Below are positions 55,861 to 64,000 of a DNA stretch of 64,000 nucleotides, one piece after another. Each line of letters starts with the position of its first letter. The stretch's first letter is position 1. Below the pieces are notes generated by a model, which was not told the DNA's origin, ran no database searches, and saw only the letters and a list, made by a program, of their open reading frames with translations. Source of the stretch: a phage. Position numbers and translations under genes: made by a program. The stretch lies in assembly GCA_019326865.1 (NCBI GenBank), contig GCA_019326865.1_4101.1; one strand, given 5' to 3'.

Positions 55861-56418
55861 ATGTTTTTTGACCAAACATTTACGTTGTATCACGATTCTG
55901 GTAAAGTTGAGATTATTGATAATCTGCTACTGTACATTTCTGAGCATGAAGGGATAGACCGTTTTCATAGTAAGATGAAATTCGATTTAGCTGAATTCAA
56001 CAAAAAGAATCGTGAAACTTTTTGGAAGAACCGATTCTATTATGAAATGTTCCCAGAAAGGTTTGTTGGTTATTATCTTTGTACTGAGAAAGGTTTATTA
56101 GTATCTCCAGATTTACTTATGGGTGAATACATGGTTCTCTATAATGAGTACTGGAAAAATAAACGTAACGCTCGTGACATTGAATGGAGACACAAGCGTT
56201 CGTACATGTACAAACACAACCACTCCCGATACAAACGTCCTAAGACTCAACAAGAGCGTCGTATGGCGTGTGCGGTATTGAAGGATGAGGGGGAACCTGA
56301 TATACGTGGTAAGCGTAAAATGCGTTCAATACCTTCATACTGGGATGATATCAGAACAAGACACAGTACTGGCTGGAAATACAGTACTAAGCGTAAAAAA
56401 CAATACAAAGGGAGCTAA
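55861..56418 (+). CDS. hypothetical protein with basic C-terminus
   Basis: 185 aa; AGGAG RBS; terminator overlaps stop. Confidence 0.55.
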   Translation: MFFDQTFTLYHDSGKVEIIDNLLLYISEHEGIDRFHSKMKFDLAEFNKKNRETFWKNRFYYEMFPERFVGYYLCTEKGLLVSPDLLMGEYMVLYNEYWKNKRNARDIEWRHKRSYMYKHNHSRYKRPKTQQERRMACAVLKDEGEPDIRGKRKMRSIPSYWDDIRTRHSTGWKYSTKRKKQYKGS

Positions 56419-56433
56419 TGCTCCCTATTTTAT
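56410..56433 (+). terminator. rho-independent terminator
   Basis: GGGAGC-TAAT-GCTCCC then TATTTTA; overlaps stop of 55861-56418. Confidence 0.6.
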
Positions 56434-56445
56434 AGGTTAAACTTT

Positions 56446-56775
56446 ATGAGCAAAATTAATGTTGATGTAGTTATTGGTTATATTGAAATTGAACCGTGTA
56501 GTATTGATACAATGATTGACACTCTTAGTAAGTATCGTTTAGAGTACAGGGGACATATTAGTATTTCGCCCGACGGTGGTTACGGTGGATTCCATGGATA
56601 CAATGTAATTTGGACCAGAGAAGAAACTGACGAAGAATATAATACACGAATTGAAGCTGAATCTAAAAGACGTGAAGAAATTGATCGTCAAGAAATGAAA
56701 CAATTAATGAACAAGAAATCATTAAGTTCCGAAGAGAAAGAAAAACTTCTAACATACATCAAGGATTACATGTAA
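56446..56775 (+). CDS. hypothetical protein
   Basis: 109 aa ORF. Confidence 0.5.
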   Translation: MSKINVDVVIGYIEIEPCSIDTMIDTLSKYRLEYRGHISISPDGGYGGFHGYNVIWTREETDEEYNTRIEAESKRREEIDRQEMKQLMNKKSLSSEEKEKLLTYIKDYM

Positions 56776-57614
56776 TGAAAAATGTAACTCAAGAAAAGAT
56801 TCTGTACCTTGCAAAGTACAATGGTGGTTTCAATATCATTAGCCGTGAGTATCGTGGTAATTTGGCTAAGTTGATTGACAGCTTGTTAGAATTCGATTTC
56901 ATTAAATGGGAAACTAATGAACTTTGGTATGAATATGCTGGTCAGAAATGGGAAAGTGATTATGATAATGCAACACATACCTATACTATCACCAAAGCAG
57001 GTGAAGTTCGTCTATTGATTTATCGTCTAGCATATGCTTATAAGAATCATAAAGATACTGATAAGCACCAACGTAGGATTGATGAATTACAGCAAGCACT
57101 TCAACAATATGATTTAGATATTAATAATTTCAAAGATTGTTGTTCTAAGAATGAACTTAAAGCAATTAATGATTTCAATAGTAAGACCACAAATGTTGAA
57201 TTAACTGATTCTGTTGACTTAGAACTTTCACCATACAATACCAATCCTACTTGGGGAAGAACTCTTACTAATATCAATGATATTGATTTCAGCCAACCAG
57301 CACTGAATAATATGTTCCAAATGAGTTCAATGCTGGGTGCTAAAGGTTTTGATGCGTCAAGAACTGATGATTATGTTCTTCGTAAAATAAATGAAGAACT
57401 TGGTGAAATGACACTTGAAATGAACATCCGTGATGGGTTATCATATAAAGAAGCAGGTAAAGATGGTGTCAAAGGTGAAGCTGTAGATCTTTGCATTTGT
57501 GCACTTGACATGTTCGCTTTGCAATGCGATAATATGAGTCCAGAAGAGATGGAACGTGAGTTCCTTACTTACATGAATGTTAAACTAGCCAAATGGCGTA
57601 AATCAATTCAATAG
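56775..57614 (+). CDS. protein with MazG-like NTP pyrophosphohydrolase domain
   Basis: C-terminal 'INEELGEMTLEM...KGEAVDLCICALDMFA' (EExxE...ExxD pattern). Confidence 0.55.
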   Translation: MKNVTQEKILYLAKYNGGFNIISREYRGNLAKLIDSLLEFDFIKWETNELWYEYAGQKWESDYDNATHTYTITKAGEVRLLIYRLAYAYKNHKDTDKHQRRIDELQQALQQYDLDINNFKDCCSKNELKAINDFNSKTTNVELTDSVDLELSPYNTNPTWGRTLTNINDIDFSQPALNNMFQMSSMLGAKGFDASRTDDYVLRKINEELGEMTLEMNIRDGLSYKEAGKDGVKGEAVDLCICALDMFALQCDNMSPEEMEREFLTYMNVKLAKWRKSIQ

Positions 57615-57622
57615 GTTTTTTA

Positions 57623-58594
57623 ATGAAAACTAAAATTATTTCTGAACAAAAAATCGGCAATACTACAGTACTGAATCTTGAAGTTCAAGATCTTAGTAAT
57701 GTTCGTTCTCTTACTGTTTGTACTCAGAGAGATGATTTGACTGATTTTTATAACTCCGAATACATGTCAGAAGAACATTGGGATATGGGATGGTTAGACG
57801 GTAGTAGTTATATCAGTTCTCGTTATAGTTTTGGTTCTCATGAAAATATTGAACAAGTAAAAAATGAGTATATTAAACTCAGTGATACTATTGAAATGAA
57901 AGAAGAAGATTGTGTAGAACTTTTCATTTTTGAATTCGATGCAGGAAATGGTAATTCATTACTAGTAAGTAATATTGAAGAACATTTAATGTATCATGAT
58001 ATTGAAGATGTAGATTTTAAAAGTATTAAAAATGTTGTTCATATGGTTGGTGGTAGTATTACTGATGATTCAGATATCGGTCATAATATTTCACTGTGCT
58101 TAATTTCTCATCCAAAAACTCGTGGTTTTAAAGTTCCACAAGATGAAACTTACGTGTTTGAAACTGCTGATGAAGGAATTTATCCTTGGAATGATTATGT
58201 AGAATACTATGGTCATTTCTGTTCTGATATAAAAGAACTGAAAAAAGGCGAACGATATTTTGATATGTTCCGTGCTGCACAGCGTTTAGTACTGAATAAT
58301 ACTGAACTATTTCCTGAACGCGGTGAAGAAAATATGATTGATATTATCTTCAAGAACTATGATTATGTGCAGAACATTCCTGATAATGTACATTTGGAAT
58401 ATGTTCACGGTTCTTCAAACAAATTCTATAATATTGAATTGAATGCTCCAGTGTGTGAAGTAATCATTGAGTACGGTGCTATTGGTAAAACCAGTACTAC
58501 CGATGGTGAAGAATTCGAAACTATTGAAGAAGCACGTAAGTTCTTCGAGAAGAAAGTAATTTCCAAAATTAAAAGTGGTTATATCCCAAAATGA
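57623..58594 (+). CDS. protein with C-terminal WGR-like domain
   Basis: 'SSNKFYNIELNAPVCEVIIEYGAIGKTSTTDGEEFETIEEARKFFEKKVISKIKSGY' fits WGR pattern. Confidence 0.5.
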   Translation: MKTKIISEQKIGNTTVLNLEVQDLSNVRSLTVCTQRDDLTDFYNSEYMSEEHWDMGWLDGSSYISSRYSFGSHENIEQVKNEYIKLSDTIEMKEEDCVELFIFEFDAGNGNSLLVSNIEEHLMYHDIEDVDFKSIKNVVHMVGGSITDDSDIGHNISLCLISHPKTRGFKVPQDETYVFETADEGIYPWNDYVEYYGHFCSDIKELKKGERYFDMFRAAQRLVLNNTELFPERGEENMIDIIFKNYDYVQNIPDNVHLEYVHGSSNKFYNIELNAPVCEVIIEYGAIGKTSTTDGEEFETIEEARKFFEKKVISKIKSGYIPK

Positions 58595-58604
58595 GAAAAA
58601 TATC

Positions 58605-58838
58605 ATGAAAAATATATTCATTACATTAACAATATTTGTATCCATTATTCTCTGTGGTTGTGCTCCTAAAGTTGATGAGATGGATGCTGAAATCATCCGT
58701 CAAGGTTTAACAAAACTAAATCACCAAGGAACACTATACGCATGTCATACTATGCGTCATGGGCAAGATCTTAATCTCATGTGCAGGAAGATTGTGAACC
58801 GCAAACGTCTTAATACTATTCCGAAGGATGCACAATGA
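58605..58838 (+). CDS. putative small lipoprotein
   Basis: signal plus lipobox-like 'FVSIILCGCAPK'; start chosen at ATG 58605. Confidence 0.45.
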   Translation: MKNIFITLTIFVSIILCGCAPKVDEMDAEIIRQGLTKLNHQGTLYACHTMRHGQDLNLMCRKIVNRKRLNTIPKDAQ

Positions 58839-59005
58839 AAGAAGTAATTGGCTACAAATGTAAAAATTGTGGCAAAGATATGGGTAAGCATTCAGTACAA
58901 GGTATGGCTTGTCCAAATCCAGGACGTGGTAATTTTAGAGGGTTCAGCACTGAAAAGTCTTACGAACCGGATCATACCAAACCTGTAATGGGTTATAAAT
59001 TATGA
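58835..59005 (+). CDS. possible small zinc-ribbon protein (56 aa)
   Basis: ATGA-coupled at both ends; 'CKNCGK...CPNPG'; below ORF-track cutoff. Confidence 0.35.
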   Translation: MKEVIGYKCKNCGKDMGKHSVQGMACPNPGRGNFRGFSTEKSYEPDHTKPVMGYKL

Positions 59006-59361
59006 GTGATTATGTAGCATTTCTTCATCGCTTTGGAGAAGCTAAAGAAAAACATATTATCCGTATGCCATTATATGGTGAAAAAGACTGGTACAAAAGT
59101 ACTATAAGTGTAGGTGCATTTCGTGACCGTGAAGCTGGATTCTTTCTGAGTAAGCAACATGAACGAGAGGTACTTTGCTCACTGTGGCGTTTGGATGAAT
59201 GGGATAGTGAGAACGTAAGAACTGCTGAATCAATGCTGGCTATTGTTGGTATTGCGAACTATCAGCACCCATATGACCTATTACCTACATTTGAACATGC
59301 TTCTTTGTTTGACTTTTACAAAGCAGTAGGGTATGATTATACAAAGAAACGTTACATTTAA
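59002..59361 (+). CDS. hypothetical protein
   Basis: 119 aa; terminator downstream. Confidence 0.5.
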   Translation: MSDYVAFLHRFGEAKEKHIIRMPLYGEKDWYKSTISVGAFRDREAGFFLSKQHEREVLCSLWRLDEWDSENVRTAESMLAIVGIANYQHPYDLLPTFEHASLFDFYKAVGYDYTKKRYI

Positions 59362-59364
59362 TAT

Positions 59365-59393
59365 CAGTACTGTCATAGTGGCAGTACTTTTTA
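59365..59393 (+). terminator. rho-independent terminator built on AGTACT motif
   Basis: AGTACTG-TCATAGTGG-CAGTACT then TTTT. Confidence 0.6.
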
Positions 59394-59406
59394 ATTGGAG
59401 ATTACT

Positions 59407-60021
59407 ATGACTACATCGGAAAAGTACTGGTGGATTTTGGGTCATCCTAAATTCATAAACAAAGATATGGTTCCAGCTAGGATTGATATAGAACCTCATG
59501 ATGTGTGTCCAATGACAAATCGAATTGAAGATTTCAAAGCATTGAATACAAAGACTCAATTTTGGGTAGAATTTCTTTCACCAATGTATATTGAGCAAGA
59601 CGACGAATGGGTACAAGCACATGATTATGAGTTAGATTGCGGTGGTGATACTTATGATGAGGCAATTGACGCACTATACAAAAATGTGCTAAACACTTAT
59701 GGTGATTACACCCAACAAGAAGCAGACGATACGTTTAATAAGATCCATGCAGCCATTTCTACATCATCAATTTACAATCCAGCAAAAACAGTTTGGGAAG
59801 AACGTCACGGGTGGAGTTCATCTGTAATTGATGCAGAAGCCAAAGAAACAATTCTCGAAGACATAAAAAATATAAAAAGTACAATAGAAGCCTTGCGTGA
59901 ATTTATAAAGTCTTGTACAATAGAACAACAGAAAGAGGCAAAGATGCATTTGGAAAGTGAAGAATGTAAACTTTGGGTTCTAGAGAAATCTATTGAAAAG
60001 GGTATAGACTTAGACTTATGA
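59407..60021 (+). CDS. hypothetical protein
   Basis: ATG 59407 after GGAG; 204 aa. Confidence 0.5.
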   Translation: MTTSEKYWWILGHPKFINKDMVPARIDIEPHDVCPMTNRIEDFKALNTKTQFWVEFLSPMYIEQDDEWVQAHDYELDCGGDTYDEAIDALYKNVLNTYGDYTQQEADDTFNKIHAAISTSSIYNPAKTVWEERHGWSSSVIDAEAKETILEDIKNIKSTIEALREFIKSCTIEQQKEAKMHLESEECKLWVLEKSIEKGIDLDL

Positions 60022-60386
60022 ATAGTAAATTGGAGAAATTAATCGAAGAATTACGCCAGATGCCGCCGATTGAACAAGTAGGTAATTATAAACGGTATCG
60101 TATTATTGCTCGTGCACTTGATAAAAAAGGTCGAGTTCTGGCAACTCGCACCAATTCTTATACACAGACACATCCAGTACAGAAGGGTTTCGCCATCCGT
60201 GCTGGAAGACCACAAGGTGAGTTTCTTCATGCTGAAATTTCATGTTTATTAGCTGCACGTGCTGATGTTCATACTTTGTTGATTGCACGGATAAGTAAAG
60301 ATGGAATTCCTGTTCCAGCCAAGCCTTGTGAGATTTGTACGTTGGCAATAGCAGAATATGGTGTGAAAGAGATTATCCACACATGA
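60018..60386 (+). CDS. cytidine/deoxycytidylate deaminase-fold protein (small, second deaminase)
   Basis: 'LHAEISCL' and 'PCEICTLAI' zinc-binding motifs about 30 aa apart; 122 aa. Confidence 0.65.
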   Translation: MNSKLEKLIEELRQMPPIEQVGNYKRYRIIARALDKKGRVLATRTNSYTQTHPVQKGFAIRAGRPQGEFLHAEISCLLAARADVHTLLIARISKDGIPVPAKPCEICTLAIAEYGVKEIIHT

Positions 60387-60607
60387 AGAAAATCGAACGC
60401 CACAAAAACCATACAGTTGTGGCTGAAGATGATATATTTTATTATTATATTTTCAGACCCACACACTGTTTACAAATAACGACATTTGAGAATGATAATT
60501 TCAAAGATGTCAACTTCCATATAACAGATTTAGCTAAATATTCCAGTACTGAACACTTTAGTAATCTAGTATTTGTGTACTGTATTCCAAACTCAAATAA
60601 TAAGTAG
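60383..60607 (+). CDS. hypothetical small protein
   Basis: ATGA-coupled start at 60383; 74 aa. Confidence 0.4.
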   Translation: MKKIERHKNHTVVAEDDIFYYYIFRPTHCLQITTFENDNFKDVNFHITDLAKYSSTEHFSNLVFVYCIPNSNNK

Positions 60608-60616
60608 GAGATTAAA

Positions 60617-60976
60617 ATGGCTAAAACAATTTCTTTAAAAAATGAAAAGGTAGGACAACGAAAAGATGGCTTCTATGGCTTTTCTTGGACTACATTATTT
60701 TTTGGACCTTTCCCTGCATTGTTCCGTGGTGACTTTATTACGTTTATCGGTGCATTTGTAATTTACTTCATCCTAAACGCAGTGTCTTTTTGGATTGTAG
60801 GTTCTATTGCCATGATCGTATGGGCATTTCTTTATAATAAGTACTACACAGTGAATCTCATCAAGAATGGGTATAAATTCAATGGCACACATGAAGAAAA
60901 TGCTGAAGCTGCAATGGCTTTGCAAATTGATTTGAATAAAAACAACACAGTTGATAAAAATAAAGATCCTGAGTAA
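60617..60976 (+). CDS. membrane protein
   Basis: 119 aa; GGAG RBS; hydrophobic helices. Confidence 0.5.
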   Translation: MAKTISLKNEKVGQRKDGFYGFSWTTLFFGPFPALFRGDFITFIGAFVIYFILNAVSFWIVGSIAMIVWAFLYNKYYTVNLIKNGYKFNGTHEENAEAAMALQIDLNKNNTVDKNKDPE

Positions 60977-61195
60977 ATGGAAAAATACGATATAATTTAC
61001 GATTATTATGGTAAGGCTTATATGAAGTGTGGGCGTTATGTTGAACTCTCTAATAGAGATTCAATAGATCCTCACACTATTATAACAATTCACAACTCTT
61101 ACTATAAAAAAGTTACAATAGCTAATTTTGCAACATACGTAAATAATCCTTTATTTCCTTACATTATTCAGTACTACTGTCGAGTTATAAAATAA
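60977..61195 (+). CDS. hypothetical small protein
   Basis: 72 aa ORF. Confidence 0.45.
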   Translation: MEKYDIIYDYYGKAYMKCGRYVELSNRDSIDPHTIITIHNSYYKKVTIANFATYVNNPLFPYIIQYYCRVIK

Positions 61196-61206
61196 GGTAA
61201 AAAGAC

Positions 61207-61617
61207 ATGTTAGCCGATGATTTTATGTCTCTAAGTACCAAAATATTTGATATATTAGGAGATGAAATCGATTTTCATCTAAATGATGCAACTATACCGT
61301 TAGAAGATGGTGGTTATTTTTTCGCAATTGGTTATAAGTACAATGTTGATTTTTCAATTCCGATTCCTGATGGAAGTGATTACACATCATCAACATATTT
61401 TGAATTTCAGTTCAGAGGACACAAAGAGCGTTTACTAACATATAGACGTAAAGGTAATTTCAGTAGACCAGAGATTATATTAATGGATATTGAAAAACGC
61501 ATAGAAATTGCAAAGAATAATCCATTCTTCAGTTCTTATGCGTTAAATCAACTTATTGAACTATTTGATGGCTATCCAGACAGAATACGAGGGTCGTTAC
61601 GTATAAATGCAGAATGA
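61207..61617 (+). CDS. hypothetical protein
   Basis: 136 aa ORF. Confidence 0.5.
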   Translation: MLADDFMSLSTKIFDILGDEIDFHLNDATIPLEDGGYFFAIGYKYNVDFSIPIPDGSDYTSSTYFEFQFRGHKERLLTYRRKGNFSRPEIILMDIEKRIEIAKNNPFFSSYALNQLIELFDGYPDRIRGSLRINAE

Positions 61618-61792
61618 AATCTTTAAAAAAGAATATGATGGTGAAAGCCTTTATGATATTCAGAGAGATGTTCATGAAGCCTTTGATTCAAAATTTAACC
61701 CATTAGCTGAACAAATCCCACAAGATGAATTTGGTTTTCAGGAAGGCACTTTCACAGTGACTATTACATGGAGTCCAGATGAGACTAGCTAA
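61607..61792 (+). CDS. hypothetical small protein
   Basis: 61 aa ORF. Confidence 0.4.
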   Translation: MQNEIFKKEYDGESLYDIQRDVHEAFDSKFNPLAEQIPQDEFGFQEGTFTVTITWSPDETS

Positions 61793-61896
61793 ACTTGTCA
61801 TAGGGTGTAGTGCAATTGCTGCATATATGATTTTTTCACCTCCAACCAATGTATTACTGCTAATTTGGGCGGTTGTTATATTAGCAGTACTTTAAA

Positions 61897-61918
61897 AGCA
61901 CCTTAGTGGTGCTTTTTA
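61897..61918 (+). terminator. rho-independent terminator
   Basis: AGCACC-TTAGT-GGTGCT then TTTT. Confidence 0.6.
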
Positions 61919-61951
61919 TATTTGTGCAAATAAAAACCAATGTGACTTTTC

Positions 61952-61994
61952 CTTGATATATATCAAGAGAAATAGCCTGTTCTGACGCTATAAT
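61952..61994 (+). promoter_or_regulatory. 16-bp palindrome CTTGATATATATCAAG plus TATAAT upstream of nrdD
   Basis: perfect palindrome 61952-61967; TATAAT 61989-61994. Confidence 0.35.
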
Positions 61995-62055
61995 ATTGTC
62001 TGGTGATATTAAATATCTTCACCCCCAGATGATTTCAAAATACAAGGAATGTACA

Positions 62056-63861
62056 ATGCAGCTAGATAAATTATATAATGACGTAACGAATTTCCTAAAT
62101 CAGAGTAATACAGATCTCACAAATGAAAATGCGAACAAAGATGCGAAGTGCGTCAATACACACAGGGATTTACTTGCAGGTATCCTATCTAAACATTATT
62201 CACAAGATGTTATCCCAAATGAACTAATGCAGTGGCATAATGATGGTTATGGACATATTCATGATTTAGACTACTATATCAGTCCATTAACCAACTGTTG
62301 CTTAGTCAACTACCCAGATATGCTAAAAAATGGATTTACTATTGGCTGTGCTAAAATTGAAGAACCAAAAAGTTTTAGTGTTGCATGTACAGTACTAACA
62401 CAGATTGTACAAGCTGTAGCTAGTTCACAATACGGAGGTCAATCGTTGGCTCACATTGATGTCGGGTTGGAACCTTACGTTAAAAAGTCATGGTATAAAC
62501 TATTAGAAAAACAAAAGAAATATAATCTAAGTGATGAATACATTGAAGAAGAATTACGAAAAGAAGTATACGATGGATGTCAAACATTACTTTATCAAAC
62601 TAATTCAATGATTAGTACTAATGGTCAAGCTGCATTTATTTCTCTTAGTTTAGGTTTGAATACTTCCAAATTTGGTAAATTAATCACCGAACAGTACTTA
62701 AAAGTTCATGAGAATGGTTTAGGTAAAGATAAGATTACTCCAGTGTTTCCTAAAGTTATTTTCTTTTTACAAGATGGTATAAACATGAATACCAATGATT
62801 GTAATTATGACCTTAAACAGTTAGCTATGCGTTGTGCATCAAAGCGAATCTACCCAGACTTTGTTTCAGTTCCATTAAATCACAAAGTGACGGGAAGTAG
62901 TAGTACTGCGGTAACACCAATGGGTTGTCGTTCATTCTTAGGAAAATGGGAAGATTCAAATGGAAATGAACAATATAACGGTCGCTTCAATTTAGGTGTA
63001 GTTTCTATCAATTTACCACTAATTGCTCTTGAAAGTGCTACAGATGGAGAGTTTTTTGATAAGATAGATGAGCATATGAATATTGCATATCGTGCTCAGA
63101 TGAACCGCGTAGAGCGTTTAAAAGGTACAAAAGCGAAACAGAATCCAATTTTGTTTATGGAAGGTGCATTAGCACGTTTAGATGCAGAAGAAACTATTGA
63201 CAAGCTATTTTACAATGGTTATGCTAGTATTAGTATTGGTTATGTTGGACTTGTTGAATGTTCGGAAATCCTCACTGGTTCTATCAGTAAGGAGTTTTGT
63301 ATGTCAGTACTGAATTATATGAAAGTAAAATGCGATGAGTTTAAAAAAGAAAGTAATATTGCTTTTAGTTTATATGGAACTCCAGCAGAGTCACTTTGTT
63401 ATAAATTTGCACGTTGCATTGAAGCAAAGTATCCGTCTGTTCTAAAACGTAATTATATTACAAATTCATTCCATCAACCAGTATGGGTTGAAAGTTCTGC
63501 TTTTGAAAAGTGGGATTATGAGGAAAACTTTGCTTATCTAAGCAATGGTGGTAATATTAGCTATGTCGAAACACCAAACTTAACAAACAACATTCAAGCA
63601 CTTGAAACATTAATCAATTATGCCTATAAAAAAATTCCATATTTTGGAATAAACCAGCCTATAGATCATTGTCATAAATGTAATTTTGAAGGTGAATTCA
63701 GCGTCGATAAAAACGGTTTCCACTGTCCAGTTTGTAATAATAGAGATGAAAAATCTATGTCAGTTATTCGAAGAGTTAGCGGATATCTTAGTGCACCAAA
63801 TAGTCGCCCATTCAATAAAGGAAAGCAAGATGAAGTGATTCAGAGAATTCGCCATTTATAA
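62056..63861 (+). CDS. nrdD: anaerobic ribonucleoside-triphosphate reductase
   Basis: ATG 62056 after AAGGA; 'DLTNENANKD...RDLLAGILSKH' parallels T4 NrdD; glycyl-radical 'RRVSGYL'; C-terminal 'CHKC...CPVC'; uninterrupted. Confidence 0.9.
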   Translation: MQLDKLYNDVTNFLNQSNTDLTNENANKDAKCVNTHRDLLAGILSKHYSQDVIPNELMQWHNDGYGHIHDLDYYISPLTNCCLVNYPDMLKNGFTIGCAKIEEPKSFSVACTVLTQIVQAVASSQYGGQSLAHIDVGLEPYVKKSWYKLLEKQKKYNLSDEYIEEELRKEVYDGCQTLLYQTNSMISTNGQAAFISLSLGLNTSKFGKLITEQYLKVHENGLGKDKITPVFPKVIFFLQDGINMNTNDCNYDLKQLAMRCASKRIYPDFVSVPLNHKVTGSSSTAVTPMGCRSFLGKWEDSNGNEQYNGRFNLGVVSINLPLIALESATDGEFFDKIDEHMNIAYRAQMNRVERLKGTKAKQNPILFMEGALARLDAEETIDKLFYNGYASISIGYVGLVECSEILTGSISKEFCMSVLNYMKVKCDEFKKESNIAFSLYGTPAESLCYKFARCIEAKYPSVLKRNYITNSFHQPVWVESSAFEKWDYEENFAYLSNGGNISYVETPNLTNNIQALETLINYAYKKIPYFGINQPIDHCHKCNFEGEFSVDKNGFHCPVCNNRDEKSMSVIRRVSGYLSAPNSRPFNKGKQDEVIQRIRHL

Positions 63862-64000
63862 TATAGTATAACATGATTACCTCGATTTAACATAAATATT
63901 TAAAATTAAATCGAGTAAACTAATTATGAAATGAAAAATGAACAAAGAATCTAATTTTTTGTTCATTTGTTTATGAAATATCGTTTGATGATAGAATATT

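Noticed and set aside
62056-63861. Intron or homing endonuclease within nrdD, as in T4
   Set aside because: The reading frame is continuous for 601 codons with conserved N- and C-terminal motifs, so no insertion is present in this window.
1-64000. Integrase, transposase or other mobile-element gene, and rRNA genes
   Set aside because: No ORF showed recombinase or transposase motifs and no rRNA-like conserved stretches were seen; the window looks like a lytic-phage gene block.

Overview
This window reads as a 64 kb segment of an AT-rich T4-like (Straboviridae/Tevenvirinae-type) myovirus genome, identified from motif-level matches to T4 RnlA, Pnk/PseT, gp30 DNA ligase, Cd, NrdD and PhoH. All but one gene is on the + strand, tightly packed, with many ATGA/TAATG stop-start overlaps. 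Coordinates 28-19404 hold a hyperplastic tandem array of about 36 paralogous small genes (FamA) sharing a C-terminal acidic-aromatic 'EExYFQxS...WYFK' motif. Two further families of roughly 90-aa genes (FamB, FamC) lie at 25.9-29.6 kb and 31.2-39.1 kb. Accessory enzymes include a Dam-like methyltransferase, a HIGH-motif nucleotidyltransferase, two metallophosphoesterases, ClpP, a secreted ClpP-fold protein, an HslV-like Ntn hydrolase, a translationally coupled Sir2-Nudix pair, a MazG-like protein, a WGR-domain protein and a second small deaminase. The single minus-strand gene (47152-49824) encodes a nine-repeat Big_2 Ig-like surface protein behind a TATAAATA late-promoter motif. Non-genic signals are a roughly 600 bp GC-enriched non-coding island (22.5-23.1 kb), a strongly over-represented CAGTACTG palindrome, recurrent TGATATAAT promoter elements and about 14 rho-independent terminators. 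I recognised no rRNA, tRNA, CRISPR array, integrase or transposase. All calls are from reading the sequence and ORF translations; no database search was run, and all counts and GC estimates are by eye.
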